Below, in pieces: positions 1 through 12,169 of a stretch of DNA of 64,000 bases. Below the pieces are notes generated by a model. The model did no database searches and had not been told where the DNA came from. It saw only the letters and a list, made by a program, of their open reading frames with translations. Source of the stretch: Eledone cirrhosa (taxonomy: Eukaryota); assembly GCA_964016885.1 (NCBI GenBank), contig OZ024764.1, forward strand, positions 24,862,001 to 24,926,000. Reading direction: 5' to 3'. Position 1 is the first letter of the stretch. Every line of letters begins with the position of its first letter. Made by a program: the position numbers and the translations under genes.

Positions 1-77
1 CGGCAATAAACTTGTTATGTCATAATAGTTCCTTTGTTCTTTTTCATTAATATATATAATATATATATGTATATGTG

Positions 78-183
78 TAGGAGGTGAGTTTTTATTGTAG
101 TACAATAAAGCAATGCAGATATCGGATAAGTAGCACTCTACAGTTTTGTAGGAACTCTTTTAACCATCTTTTGATCTTATATA
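78..183. mobile_element. Collapsed Penelope pLTR remnant (family of 49412-49822)
   Basis: 78-152 is the reverse complement of about 49747-49822; 151-183 matches about 49702-49734 forward; flanked by TA tracts. Confidence 0.75.
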
Positions 184-380
184 TTATATAATAATATATA
201 TATAATATATATATATTAATATATATATATAATATTATATATATAAATATATATATATAATATATATATATAATAATATAATATATAATATATATATATA
301 TATATTAATATTATATATATATATATAATATATATATATAATATAAATATATATATATATAATATATATATATAATATAT

Positions 381-710
381 CATCATCATCATCATCATCA
401 CCGTTTTACGTCCGTTCTTCCACGCTAGCATGGGTTAGACGGGTTGTCCTGTTTCCACGCTAGCATGGGTTAAGACGGGTTGTCCTGTTGTGGGCAGTGT
501 CTGGTCGGCTGACCATGCCTTGCTCATACAGGAACTGATCTGGCTTGATTTCTACAGCTGGATGCCCTTCCTAACACCAACCTCATTTACAGTGAGTGCT
601 GGGTGCTTTTTCGTGGCGCCTACACGTCCACTTTACAGTGTGGGCTGGGTGCTTTTTTGCCGTGGCACCTCCACGACCACCTTGCGGTGGGGGGTGTGGG
701 GGCATATTGT
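381..710 (-). mobile_element. RTE-tailed SINE module
   Basis: (CAT)n tail, CACGCTAGCATGGGTTAGACGG and GGATGCCCTTCCTAACACCAACC motifs shared with many copies (e.g. 12722, 13043, 17140, 20803, 51800). Confidence 0.75.
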
Positions 711-1072
711 TTATATGCTTCAGCATGTACCCATGGGAGGTCGGGTACCCTGTATTACTGCGTGACGCCAGAAGTCACGGTATATTATATATATATATAT
801 AATATATATATATATAATATATATATATATAATATATATATATATAATATATATATATATAATATATATATAATATATATATATATAATATATATAATAT
901 ATAATATATATAATATATATATATATAATATATAATATATATAATATATATATATATAATATATATAATATATAATATATAATATATATATATATATATA
1001 ATATATAATATATATAATATATTATATATATAATATATATATATATATAATATATATATATATATAATATAT

Positions 1073-1104
<32 letters not shown>

Positions 1105-1197
1105 ATATATATAATATATAATATATATAATATATTATATATATAATATATATATATATATAATATATATATATATATATAATATATATAATATATA

Positions 1198-1229
<32 letters not shown>

Positions 1230-1300
1230 ATATATATATATAATATATATATATAATATATATATATAATATATATATAATATATATATATATATAATAT

Positions 1301-4300
1301 ATCATCATCATTTTACGTCTGCTTTTCCCTGCTTGCAAGGGTGGGACGGGTCTTATTCAGCGCAGCATCTCTCCACTCGTCACTGTCCCTCGTCATCTCC
1401 ACCGTGAGCTTCAATGATCTGAGGTCTGTTCTCACCACATCCGCCCATGTTTTTCGTGGTCTACCTCTACCACGTCTTCCTTCAACTGGAAATTCCTAGC
1501 ACTTCTTCACCCATCGGTCATCCTCCATGCGCATCACATGTCCATACTACCTCAGTCTCCTCTCCCGTACACTACATTCTATCCCTCTCAGACACAGTTT
1601 CTCTCTCAATACATTTATGCTGGGTCGTTCACGCACATTTACACTGCACATCCAACGGAGCATGCTTGCCTCATTTCTCTCCAGCCGTCGCATATCCTCT
1701 GCAGTTGCTGCCCATGTCTCACTACCAAGCAGCATCGCGCTCCTCACACAGGCATCATACAACCGGCCTTTCGTACGCAGGGAGAAACCCTTCTTCGTCA
1801 ACAGAGGAAGCAGCTCCCTAAACTTCTTCCAACCCGTCCATATTCTAGATACTATGGCCTCTGAACACCCTCCTCCCATGCTAATCTGATCTCCTAGGTA
1901 CCGGAAGCTATCCACCACTTCTAGAGCGCCCTCTTGCATTTGAAAAATGTGTCTATCAGTGCGACTTCTACTGTTTAATTTCCCTGTACATCTACTGCAT
2001 ACATATTTCTCCCTACCTGTTAGTTTGCCTGCTATCCCGCTACATCTCTTGTGTACCCAGGATCTGCATTGTGTACATTTTATAGAATTTATGCCAGTTC
2101 CTTTTCTGCATATCGAACATGGCCATTTCCCTGACGGAATCAGGATTTTGTCCTCTTTTCTACTCATCAACACTTTTGTCTTAGCTAGATTCACTCTCAG
2201 TCCTCTTGCTTCCTCTTGCTTCCAACTGCTGTTTCCATAGCCACAATTTATTCTCTAGCTCCTCTACTGATTCTGCTATAAGAACCAGATCGTCAGCGTA
2301 GAGAAGTTCCCATGGACAGCCAGTCTTAAACTCCTCTGTTATGGCTTGGAGAACTATAATGAACAAGAGCGGGCTGAGGACCGAACCGTGATGTACTCCT
2401 ACTTGTATCTGGAATTCCTCACTAAACTCCATTCTTACCCTGACTTTACTGAGAGTACCTCTGTACAAAGTTTGCACTGTCCTCACAAGCCATTCCTCAA
2501 CACCTAGCTTCCTTAGGGACCACCAGATGACAGATCGGGGTTCCCTATCAAAGGCCTTCTCTAGGTCAACAAAGGCTAAGTATAGTGGCTTATTCTTCTC
2601 TAAGAACCTCTCTTGCAGTTGTACTCTTCCCAGGCACAAAACCAAACTGCATCTCATCTAGTTTGACCCTTTCTCTAATTAGTTGTGCTAAAATCCTTTC
2701 TGCCACTTTCATAACCTGATCTATCAGTTTTATACCCCTATAATTGCTCCTCTCCAAAGCATCCCCTTTACCTTTGTAGCAATTTATGAGAATACTGCTG
2801 CACCAGTCTTTGGGTATGACACCACCATATATAGCCTGATTGATGATGCGTGCAACCAGTTTAGTGCCTACGTCCCCTGATGCCTTCAGCATCTCAGCAA
2901 CTATTCCCGATGGTCCGGCAGCCTTACCATTTTTCATTTCCCTAATCGCCTCTTGGACCCTATATTCGTCAATCTCAATAGCTGGTCCCTCTGTCGGATC
3001 CACCAAGGGTAATTTCTCTCTCTCCCATTCGTTCTCCACATTCATCAGTCTCTCATAATGACATTTCCAGGCCTCCTTTTTCTGATCATTCGTGACACTA
3101 AGTACACCGGCATCATCCCGGACACATATATCTCCAACAACATCCTGATTTGCATTGACACACTGCCTTGCAATGTGGAACACCGCACGCCTCTGATCTT
3201 CCCGTCGCAGAACATTGGCAAACCTCCTACTCTCTGCCTCCCTGCGTGCTAAGTACACCTGACATCTAGCTTCTCTCTTAGTGGCTGTATATTCTTCCCT
3301 ACTCCCACCCTTTTTCCAAGCCTTCCATGCTAGTCTTTTGTCTCTAATAGCCTTATCTACTGTGCTGTTCCACCACCAGGTCACTCTCTGTCTGGTTGGA
3401 GCTCTGCTCCAGCCACAGGTTTCATCAGTAGCCTGCAGCAAGTTGTCACGTAAGAAATTCCAGTTATTATCTATGTCATACGTCTCTAAATCGTCTTCTT
3501 TTTCGTCATATACATCTTGAAGGGCTTTCCTAAATTTGTATTTTAGTGAAAGGTCTTTTAGCTTCCAGACCTTTCTTCTCCACACCTTCCTATATGTCTC
3601 ATTCCATCTCTTGCTTACTGAGATATCACTAACAACTAACCTATGCTGTGGGGTACATTCTTCCCCAGGGTATGCCTTGGTATTAGACACTATCTGCCTG
3701 TCCCGCTGCCTAACTAGTAGGAAGTCAATCTGGCTTATGTGCTCACCAGATTTGTAGGTTATTAGGTGATTGGCAGGTTTCTGGAAGTTTGTGTTGCAAA
3801 TAGTCAATGTACCCGCATCACAAAATTCAAGAAGTCTCTCTCCTTCTTCATTTCTTGAACCGTAACCGTGCCCACCATGTACCCCAGTGTAACCATCCTG
3901 GAGCTGTCCAACATGACCATTGAAGTCTCCTGCTAGCATAACAATGTCTCCGTCCTCTGTCATTGCGGTTGTTTGCAAAAGTTGCTCATAAAAGCAGTCT
4001 TTCTCATCTTTGCCTAGGCCTGCTTGGGGAGCATAGGCCGAGATGATTGTCAGTAGTCTCCTACCTACAACTAATCTAAGCTTAATTATTCGATTACTAA
4101 CTCGAACTACCTCTATTGTCTTATTGATCCATTTCTCAGCCAGGAAAATGCCTACTCCCCCTAGCCCATCATCCTTACCTACCCAGAATAGCTTATAGCT
4201 AAGACGCTTGCCTACGACTGGTCTCGCAGAGGCACCTCTCCATCTCACCTCTTGCACGCAGCACACATCCACCTCCTTTCTCTCCAGCATCTCCGCTATT

Positions 4301-4550
4301 TCAGCAGATCTACCTCTGAGAGTGCCAACATTAAGTGTTGCAACTCTGAGATGCGATGTCTTCATATTTTGTTATTCCTATTTGTTGCTGTGCTGATAAG
4401 AGTTTTGGCATTGATACACTGGTTGGATGCCCTTCCTAACACCAGCGCCACTATACAGCATGGACTGGGTGCTTTTATTTGTGCCACCAGCACCAGAGAG
4501 GATGTCTTACTAGACTCAAGGGCCCTCTCTACCCCTCCATTTTACAGCAT
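1301..4550 (-). mobile_element. Near full-length RTE-clade LINE (APE + RT, frameshifted), family A
   Basis: ORF pieces 4365-2590 (TLNVGTL, VQEVRW, GDFNGHVG, QHRLV), 2657-2181 (DLEKAFD, YADD) and 2194-1547; short 3' UTR ending in (TGA)n next to a TA tract. Confidence 0.93.
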
Positions 4551-4844
4551 GGTCATAAAAAAAAAACGAAAAAAAAAAAACTTATTGACACGACGCACAC
4601 ACAAACACTCACACACCAACACTCATGCATACAAACCACAACCACACATACCAACACTCATTCATGCATACAATCACACACACCACTCACAAACACACAC
4701 ATATATATACATATATTACCGACAGTACCGATACAAAATCAAAATCATCAAAATCAATATTATGTCAACTGTTGACCTTTCCCAGTCCAGTTCGGCTTGT
4801 ATATAATAACAATAATAATAATAATTGTTTGCTTTACGCTGGTA

Positions 4845-6755
4845 ATGGTGGTGGTGGGTGGTGTCAGTGTGGTGGTGGTGGTGGATGGTGCCAGTGTGGT
4901 GGTGGTGGTGGATGGTGCCAGTGTGGTGGTGGTGGATGGTGCCAGTGTGGTGGTGGTGGATGGTGCCAGTGTGGTGGTGGTGGATGGTGCCAGTGTTGTG
5001 GTGGTGGATGGTGCCAGTGTTGTGGTGGTGGATGGTGCCAGTGTGGTGGTGGTGGATGGTGCCAGTGTGGTGGTGGTGGATGGTGTCAGTGTGGTGGTGG
5101 TGGTGGATGGTGTCAGTGTTGTGGTGGTGGTGGATGGTGCCAGTGTGGTGGTGGTGGATGGTGCCAGTGTGGTGGTGGTGGTGGATGGTGCCAGTGTGGT
5201 GGTGGTGGATGGTGCCAGTGTGGTGGTGGTGGATGGTGCCAGTGTTGTGGTGGGTGGTGTTAGTGTAGTGGTGGTGGATGGTGCCAGTGTGGTGGTGGTG
5301 GATGGTGCCAGTGTGGTGGTGGTGGATGGTGCCAGTGTGGTGGTGGTGGATGGTGCCAGTGTGGTGGTGGTGGTGGATGGTGCCAGTGTGGTGGTGGTGG
5401 TGGGTGGTGTCAGTGTGGTGGTGGTGGGTGGTGTCAGTGTGGTGATGGTGGGTGGTGGTGGTGGTGGGTGGTGTCAGTGTGGTGGTGTCAGTGTGGTGGT
5501 GGTGGGTGGTGTCAGTGTGGTGGTGGTGGGTGGTGTCAGTGTGGTGGTGGTGGATGGTGCCAGTGTGGTGGATGGTGTCAGTGTGGTGGTGGTGGATGGT
5601 GCCAGTGTGGTGGTGGTGGAGGGTGCCAGTGTGGTGGTGGTGGATGGTGCCAGTGTTGTGGTGGTGGATGGTGCCAGTGTTGTGGTGTTGGATGGTGTCA
5701 GTGTGGTGGTGGTAGATGGTGCCAGTGTGGTGGTGGTGGATGGTGCCAGTGTGGTGGTGGTGGATGGTGCCAGTGTGGTGGTGGTGGATGGTGCCAGTGT
5801 TGTGGTGGTGGATGGTGCCAGTGTGGTGGTGGTGGATGGTGCCAGTGTGGTGGTGGTGGATGGTGCCAGTGTGGTGGTGGTGGATGGTGCCAGTGTTGTG
5901 GTGGTGGTGGATGGTGTCAGTGTTGTGGTGGTGGTGGATGGTGTCAGTGTGGTGGTGGTGGATGGTGCCAGTGTGGTGGTGGTGGATGGTGCCAGTGTGG
6001 TGGTGGTGGATGGTGTCAGTGTGGTGGTGGTGGTGGATGGTGTCAGTGTTGTGGTGGTGGTGGATGGTGCCAGTGTGGTGGTGGTGGATGGTGCCAGTGT
6101 GGTGGTGGTGGATGGTGCCAGTGTGGTGGTGGTGGATGGTGCCAGTGTGGTGGTGGTGGATGGTGCCAGTGTGGTGGTGGTGGATGGTGCCAGTGTGGTG
6201 GTGGTGGTGGATGGTGCCAGTGTGGTGGTGGTGGTGGGTGGTGTCAGTGTGGTGGTGGTGGGTGGTGTCAGTGTGGTGGTGGTGGGTGGTGTCAGTGTGG
6301 TGGTGGTGGTGGGTGGTGTCAGTGTGGTGGTGGTGGTGGGTGGTGTCAGTGTGGTGGTGGTGGTGGGTGGTGTCAGTGTGGTGGTGGTGGTGGTGGTGGT
6401 GGATGGTGCCAGTGTGGTGGTGGTGGTGGATGGTGCCAGTGTGGTGGTGGTGGTGGATGGTGCCAGTGTGGTGGTGGTGGTGGATGGTGCCAGTGTGGTG
6501 GTGGTGGTGGATGGTGCCAGTGTGGTGGTGGTGGTGGATGGTGCCAGTGTGGTGGTGGTGGTGGTGGTGGATGGTGCCAGTGTGGTGGTGGTGGATGGTG
6601 CCAGTGTGGTGGTGGTGGTGGATGGTGTCAGTGTGGTGGTGGTGGATGTTGCCAGTGTGGTGGTGGTGGTGGATGGTGTCAGTGTGGTGGTGGTGGATGT
6701 TGCCAGTGTGGTGGTGGTGGTGGATGGTGTCAGTGTGGTGGTGGTGGATGGTGTG
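4845..6755. repeat. GGT-rich minisatellite, 24-27 bp unit (GGTGGTGGTGGATGGTGCCAGTGT)
   Basis: About 1.9 kb direct tandem array; unit length varies by GTG triplets. Confidence 0.92.
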
Positions 6756-6916
6756 ACCCCAGTCCCTATCATCTCATTTCTACAGCTGAGTAAACTGGAG
6801 CAATGTGAAATAAAGTGTCTTGCTCAAGGAAACAACACATCACCCGGTCTGAGAATTGAATTCACACCCTTTCGATTGCAAAGCCAATGCTCTAACCACT
6901 AAGCCATGTGCCTCCA
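6756..6916 (-). mobile_element. tRNA-head CORE-like SINE (other copies 8851-8960+, 13357-13570+, 14595-14752+, 50502-50690+, 51417-51531-, 52098-52355+)
   Basis: A-box TGGCTTAGTGG, B-box-like G(A)GTTCAATTCTC, followed by TCCTTGAGCAAGACACTTTA. Confidence 0.8.
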
Positions 6917-7025
6917 CACATATATATATATATATATATATATGTGAAAGGTAAACAAATAACACAATCAGTACAGTATATGTAAGGGATATATTAGGTT
7001 AACGCTTGATATAGCTGGAAGAGGG

Positions 7026-7062
7026 TCTTAACGTTTCGGATACTAGTCCTTCATCAGAAGAA
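7026..7062 (-). ncRNA. Minimal type I hammerhead ribozyme (Penelope pLTR)
   Basis: Minus strand TCTT-CTGATGA-A GGA ctagta TCC-GAAA-CGTT-AAGA; palindromic AACGTT helix III. Confidence 0.65.
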
Positions 7063-7234
7063 TGAGAAATAAGATAAATTGCGGGTGGGGGGTGGGATTG
7101 GAAAAAATGTCTTTAGATATTGAAGGTACTAGGGTGGGAGTGAAAAATAGACGGGTGAGAAGCAGGTGGTGTAAGAAGATTGGTGTATCGGTAGAGATTT
7201 ATATAATATCTATTTACCTACCTATATATATATA

Positions 7235-7586
7235 TAACAAAGGTGTGGTAAGATACCAGGTGGGCCATAACGCACCAGAGTACTCAATACTTAGGGTAGT
7301 AGAGTGGGTAATAGGAAAAGAGTGACAGAATTCTGTCATTACCCCTACAGTGGTCCGAATAGATTTTGATTGCAGAGTTTGGCCAGATCAATACAGATTG
7401 AACCTTGAGCTGATCAGTAGCGAAACGTGCGTCACTACTCAATAAATGTAATGAAGGAGTAACAAGTCGTCCTTGTATTATTATATTACACTCTGTCTAG
7501 CTCTACACCCCGATACTGGTGTGAACCTAAACATGGAGTGCTCACCCAGGTGAACCTACAGTAACTCCATGTTACACTCCCTCGAT
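7235..7586. mobile_element. Head-to-head junction of two different Penelope 3' ends
   Basis: Left part matches the family at 10836, 24353-24490 and 52604 (minus); right part matches 59190-59330 (plus, GAAAC-G(T/C)GC-GTC...AATAAA); both ends abut TA tracts. Confidence 0.6.
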
Positions 7587-7803
7587 ATATATGTGTGTGT
7601 GTGTGTAGTTTCGGATTTAAGAGAAACATGGCCCCTTACTTGGGCCTTGAAGGAGGTAAAAAATTTTGGTGACAGGAAGATGGGTCCTCTGGCCAATGGG
7701 ACTCTGCTCAAACACACCTAAGCAGAATGATGTGGCACTCTGTATGTGAGTTAGTTTTAATGTCAGAAAACTTCCAACCTTATTTTTTCTTTGCCCTTTT
7801 CAG

Positions 7804-7888
7804 GTAACATTATATCTTCACGGTCTCCATGGCGATTGTCCATCATCCCAGAAGTGTTATGGAGATTGGTCAACGTTGTCGTATTATT
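7804..7888 (+). CDS. SELENOK: Selenoprotein K coding exon (probably exon 2; TM segment)
   Basis: Polypyrimidine tract + CAG acceptor (7801-7803), GTAAGT donor (7889). Translates (G)NIISSRSPWRLSIIPEVLWRLVNVVVL(F), matching the SELENOK SPWRLS...W...VVLF motif. Confidence 0.93.
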
Positions 7889-8030
7889 GTAAGTAAAGTT
7901 CACTTTCATCCTTCCTCAACACTTGACCAAGCCATGCCTCATCATCACTTAACATTCGCTTTCCATGTTGGTGTCAGTTGTAGAGACATCACCTTGCTCA
8001 TCACCTACAGCTGAATGCCCTAACACCAGC

Positions 8031-8490
8031 CACTTTACAGAGTCTACTGGGTGCATTTTATTTGGGGATCAGCACTAACACTTTACAGAGTCTACTGGGT
8101 GCATTTTATTTGGGGATCAGCACTAACACTTTACAGAGTGTACTGGGTGCATTTTATTTGGGAACCAGCACTAATACTTTACAGTCTACTGGGTGCATTT
8201 TATTTGGGGACCAGCGCTAACACTTTACAGAGTGTACTGGGTGCATTTTATTTAGGAACCAGCGCTAACACTTTACAGAGTCTACTGGGTGCATTTTATT
8301 TGGGGATCAGCGCTAACACTTTACAGAGTCTACTGGGTGCATTTTATTTGGGGATCAGCACTAACACTTTACAGAGTCTACTGGGTGCATTTTATTTGGG
8401 AACCAGCACTAACACTTTACAGAGTCTACTGGGTGCATTTTATTTGGGAACCAGCGCTAACACTTTAGAGTGTACAGGGTGCATTTTATT
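8031..8490 (+). repeat. 48-bp minisatellite derived from the SINE sub-repeat
   Basis: Unit CACTTTACAGAGTCTACTGGGTGCATTTTATTTGGGGATCAGCACTAA, about 9-10 copies, continuing a SINE module at 7945-8040. Confidence 0.88.
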
Positions 8491-9229
8491 ATAGCATCAG
8501 CCCTAGAGGGGTTCTCATGTAGTTGGTATTACTGAAAACTACTGCCTATATTGGCATTATTTGATTACCAACTGCTTTACAGAGTGTACCTGGTGCATTA
8601 TATCAGGGCATCAGCACTAAAGAGGTTGTCATGTATTTGGTATGACTAAAGAATCCTTGCTACACTGTTGTCTCTATTTGATCTTCAACCACATTACAGA
8701 GTGTACCTGGTGCATTATATTATGATGCTAGCACTAGGGGTGTTGTCATGTTCTCGATACACCTGAAGAGCCCGCTCTTCCTTAAATTGTCTACGATTGA
8801 CCATCAACCACATTAGAGATTACTGGATATGTTTTATTATGGCATGTGATGGTGCGTGGCTTAATGGTTAGAGAACTGAATTTGTAATTGTGAGGTTGTG
8901 ACATTGATTCCTGGGCTGGGTGATGTTATGTCCTTGAGCAAGACACTTCGCGTTGTTCCTTCTGTCAGGAGTTGCAACTGGTAGATAGTATCAGTAATGG
9001 AAACATTGTTTTCTACGACTGATTTGCTGAGTTCCACCCTACACAGTAGGTGAAGTCTGGGATCTTCTCCATCCTATAGCACTATGGATGACTGTTATGA
9101 TATTCTATTTATTATAAATTAACGTAATTTATTATAATTACAATTATATTTCTCTTTTTTTTTCTCTTTTTATTTAATGTGTCTGGTATTTCTCATCCTT
9201 CCTTTAACCAATTCTTATTCCTGCAACAG

Positions 9230-9248
9230 TTTCAAGACATTAATATCG
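9230..9248 (+). CDS. SELENOK: Selenoprotein K 19-nt microexon
   Basis: Long pyrimidine tract + AACAG acceptor, GTAAGT donor. Completes the split F codon and reads FKTLIS (vertebrate FKTLLQ); phases are compatible on both sides. Confidence 0.88.
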
Positions 9249-9292
9249 GTAAGTGGAATTTTAGGTTTATCTTAATTTCTTTATTACTGTTT

Positions 9293-10733
9293 AGATTGTA
9301 AAGTGGTCATGTAGGGGCCACAACAAACACCCAGTCCACACTGTAAAGTGGTCATGTAGGGGCCACAACAAACACCCAGTCCACACTGTAAAGTGGTCAT
9401 GTAGGTGTCACAACAAACACCCAGTCCATTCTGTAAAGTGGTCATGTAGGTGTCACAACAAAAAGCACCCAGTCCACTCTGTAAAGTGGTCGTGTAGGTG
9501 TCACAACAAAAAAACACCCAGTCCACTCTGTAAAGTGGTCGTGTAGGTGTCACAACAAAAAAACACCCAGTCCACTCTGTAAAGTGGTCGTGTAGGTGTC
9601 ACAACAAAAAAACACCCAGTCCACTCTGTAAAGTGGTCGTGTAGGTGTCACAACAAAAAAACACCCAGTCCACTCTGTAAAGTGGTCGTGTAGGTGTCAC
9701 AACAAAAAAACACCCAGTCCACTCTGTAAAGTGGTCGTGTAGGTGTCACAACAAAAAAACACCCAGTCCACTCTGTAAAGTGGTCGTGTAGGTGTCACAA
9801 CAAAAAAACACCCAGTCCACTCTGTAAAGTGGTCGTGTAGGTGTCACAACAAAAAAACACCCAGTCCACTCTGTAAAGTGGTCATGTAGGGGCCACAACA
9901 AACACCCAGTCCACACTGTAAAGTGGTCATGTAGGGGCCACAACAAACACCCAGTCCACACTGTAAAGTGGTCATGTAGGGGCCACAACAAACACCCAGT
10001 CCACACTGTAAAGTGGTCATGTAGGGGCCACAACAAACACCCAGTCCACACTGTAAAGTGGTCATGTAGGTGTCACAACAAAAAGCACCCAGTCCACTCT
10101 GTAAAGTGGTCATGTAGGGGCCACAACAAACACCCAGTCCACACTGTAAAGTGGTCATGTAGGGGCCACAACAAACACCCAGTCCACACTGTAAAGTGGT
10201 CATGTAGGGGCCACAACAAACACCCAGTCCACACTGTAAAGTGGTCATGTAGGGGCCACAACAAACACCCAGTCCACACTGTAAAGTGGTCATGTAGGGG
10301 CCACAACAAACACCCAGTCCACACTGTAAAGTGGTCATGTAGGTGTCACAACAAACACCCAGTCCATTCTGTAAAGTGGTCATGTAGGTGTCACAACAAA
10401 AAGTACCCAGTCCACTCTGTAAAGTGGTCGTGTAGGTGTCACAACAAAAAACACCCAGTCCACTCTGTAAAGTAGTCATGTAGGTGTCATGACAAACACC
10501 CAGTCCACTCTGTAAAGTGGTCATGTAGGTGTCACAACAAAAAGTACCCAGTCCACTCTGGAAAGTGGTCATGTAGGTGTCACAACAAAATACACCCAGT
10601 CCACTCTGTAAAGTAGTCATGTAGGTGTCACAACAAAAAGTACCCAGTCCACACTGTAAAGTAGTCATGTAGGGGCCACAACAAACACCCAGTCCACTCT
10701 GTAATGTGGTCATGTAGGTGTCATGATAAAAAG
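9293..10733 (-). repeat. 45-49 bp minisatellite derived from the same SINE sub-repeat, opposite orientation
   Basis: Unit CTGTAAAGTGGTCATGTAGGGGCCACAACAAACACCCAGTCCACA, about 30 copies in variant blocks. Confidence 0.9.
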
Positions 10734-10916
10734 CAAGCTCAATAAACTACAATATATTGTGTATTCTCTACAATATATGGTCCTTTCTCTCTATATATAT
10801 AATATATCTTTTACATTTGAAATATATATATATATAACGAAGGAGTTCTTGTAAGGAACCAGATGGACCATAATGCTCCAGAGTACTCAATACTTAGGAT
10901 AGTAGAGTGGGTAATA

Positions 10917-11255
10917 TCATCATCATCATCATTTTACGTCCGCTTTTCCCTGCTTGCAAGGGTGGGACGGGAACTGATTCTGGCTTGATCTCTACAGCTG
11001 GATGCCCTTCCTAACACCAACCTCATTTACAGTGAGTGCTGGGTGCTTTTTTGCCATGGCACCTGCACGACCACTTTACAGTGGAATGATAGGGACCCCA
11101 GTCCCTATCATCTCATTTCTACAGCTGAGTAAACTGGAGCAATGTGAAATAAAGTGTCTTGCTCAAGGACTCAACACATCACCCGGTCCGAGAATTGAAC
11201 TCACAACCTTTTAAATTGTAAGGCCAATGCTCTAACCACTAAGCCATGTACCTCC
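10917..11255 (-). mobile_element. Full-length composite SINE: tRNA head + CORE-like + RTE 5'UTR-like module + RTE family A 3' tail
   Basis: 3' tail CCCGTCCCACCCTTGCAAGCAGGGAAAAGCGGACGTAAAATGATGATG is nearly identical to the LINE end at 1301-1350. Confidence 0.85.
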
Positions 11256-11389
11256 ATATATATATATCATAGAAAACAATTTTTGTTTAATGCATTTAAT
11301 TGCTAACGATCGTTTCTTTCAGAATCATCAGATCATATACAATGTTAAAAGAAATAATTAAATTCCTAACTTTAGAACATTCATTTGGA

Positions 11390-11960
11390 TCGACAGTATT
11401 GGTAGAGGGTCGGACACCATGCTAGGGTGGTAGATTGGCAGTATCGGTAGAGGGTTTGATGCCATGCTAGGGCGGTGGATTGGCAGTATCGGTAGAGGGT
11501 CGGACACCATGCTAGGGTGGTAGATTGGCAGTATCGGTAGAGGGTTTGATGCCATGCTAGGGCGGTGGATTGGCAGTATCGGTAGAGGGTGGGACACCTA
11601 GCTAGGGTGGTGGATTGGCAGTATCGGTAGAGGGTGGGACACCTAGCTAGGGTGGTGGATTGGCAGTATCGGTAGAGGGTCGGACACCTAGCTAGGGTGG
11701 TGGATTGGCAGTATCGGTAGAGGGTCGGACACCTAGCTAGGGTGGTGGATTGGCAGTATCAGTAGAGGGTCAGACACTATGCTAGGGTGGTAGATTGGCA
11801 GTATCGGTAGAGGGTCGGACACCATGCTAGGGCGCTGGATTGGCAGTATTGGTAGAGGGTTTCATGCCATGCTAGGGCGGTGGATTGGTAGTATTGGTAT
11901 AGGGTCGGACACCATGCTAGGGTGGTGGATTGGCAGTATTGGTAGAGGGTCTGGTGCCAT
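11390..11960 (+). repeat. 45-bp tandem array of a SINE 5' head
   Basis: Unit GGATTGGCAGTATCGGTAGAGGGTCGGACACCATGCTAGGGTGGT, about 12 copies, running into the SINE at 11921. Confidence 0.88.
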
Positions 11961-12115
11961 GCTTTGCAGCAAAGAGTTACGGCCCTTTATGGTCTGAGTT
12001 CAAATCCCGCCGAGGTTAACTTTGCCTTTCATCCTTACGGGGTCGATAAAATAAAGTACCAGTAATGTACTGGGATATAATTGCTGGCCTTGTGCCAAAG
12101 GAAGAAACAATTATA
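11921..12115 (+). mobile_element. tRNA-derived SINE with Deu/Nin-like central domain (other copies 20643-20760+, 24086-24276+, 13795-13935-)
   Basis: B-box GAGTTCAAATCCC followed by TTTGCCTTTCATCCTTACGGGGTCGATAAAATAAAGTACCAG. Confidence 0.72.
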
Positions 12116-12169
12116 ATTAAGTGTCAGTAACAATATATTGAAGAGTAAGGACAAAATATTACAATGTAA

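Noticed and set aside
4797-6902. 701-aa V/G-rich, GGGGWCQC and mucin-like (LAPSTTTT) ORFs
   Set aside because: All are readings of a stop-free GGT minisatellite; starts and ends fall in SINE sequence and no splice context was found. A mucin-like exon cannot be fully excluded without RNA data.
6840-6916. tRNA genes at SINE heads
   Set aside because: A/B boxes are present but there is no complete cloverleaf, and each continues into SINE body sequence.
7405-7440. CTGATCA...GAAAC hammerhead-like motif (also 59250-59287)
   Set aside because: The core has a C3/C8 mismatch and no helix I partner; the true 5' half is probably truncated.
7804-7888. Alternative open frame VTLYLHGLHGDCPSSQKCYGDWSTLSYY
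   Set aside because: It hits a stop in the next exon, whereas the other frame matches SELENOK.
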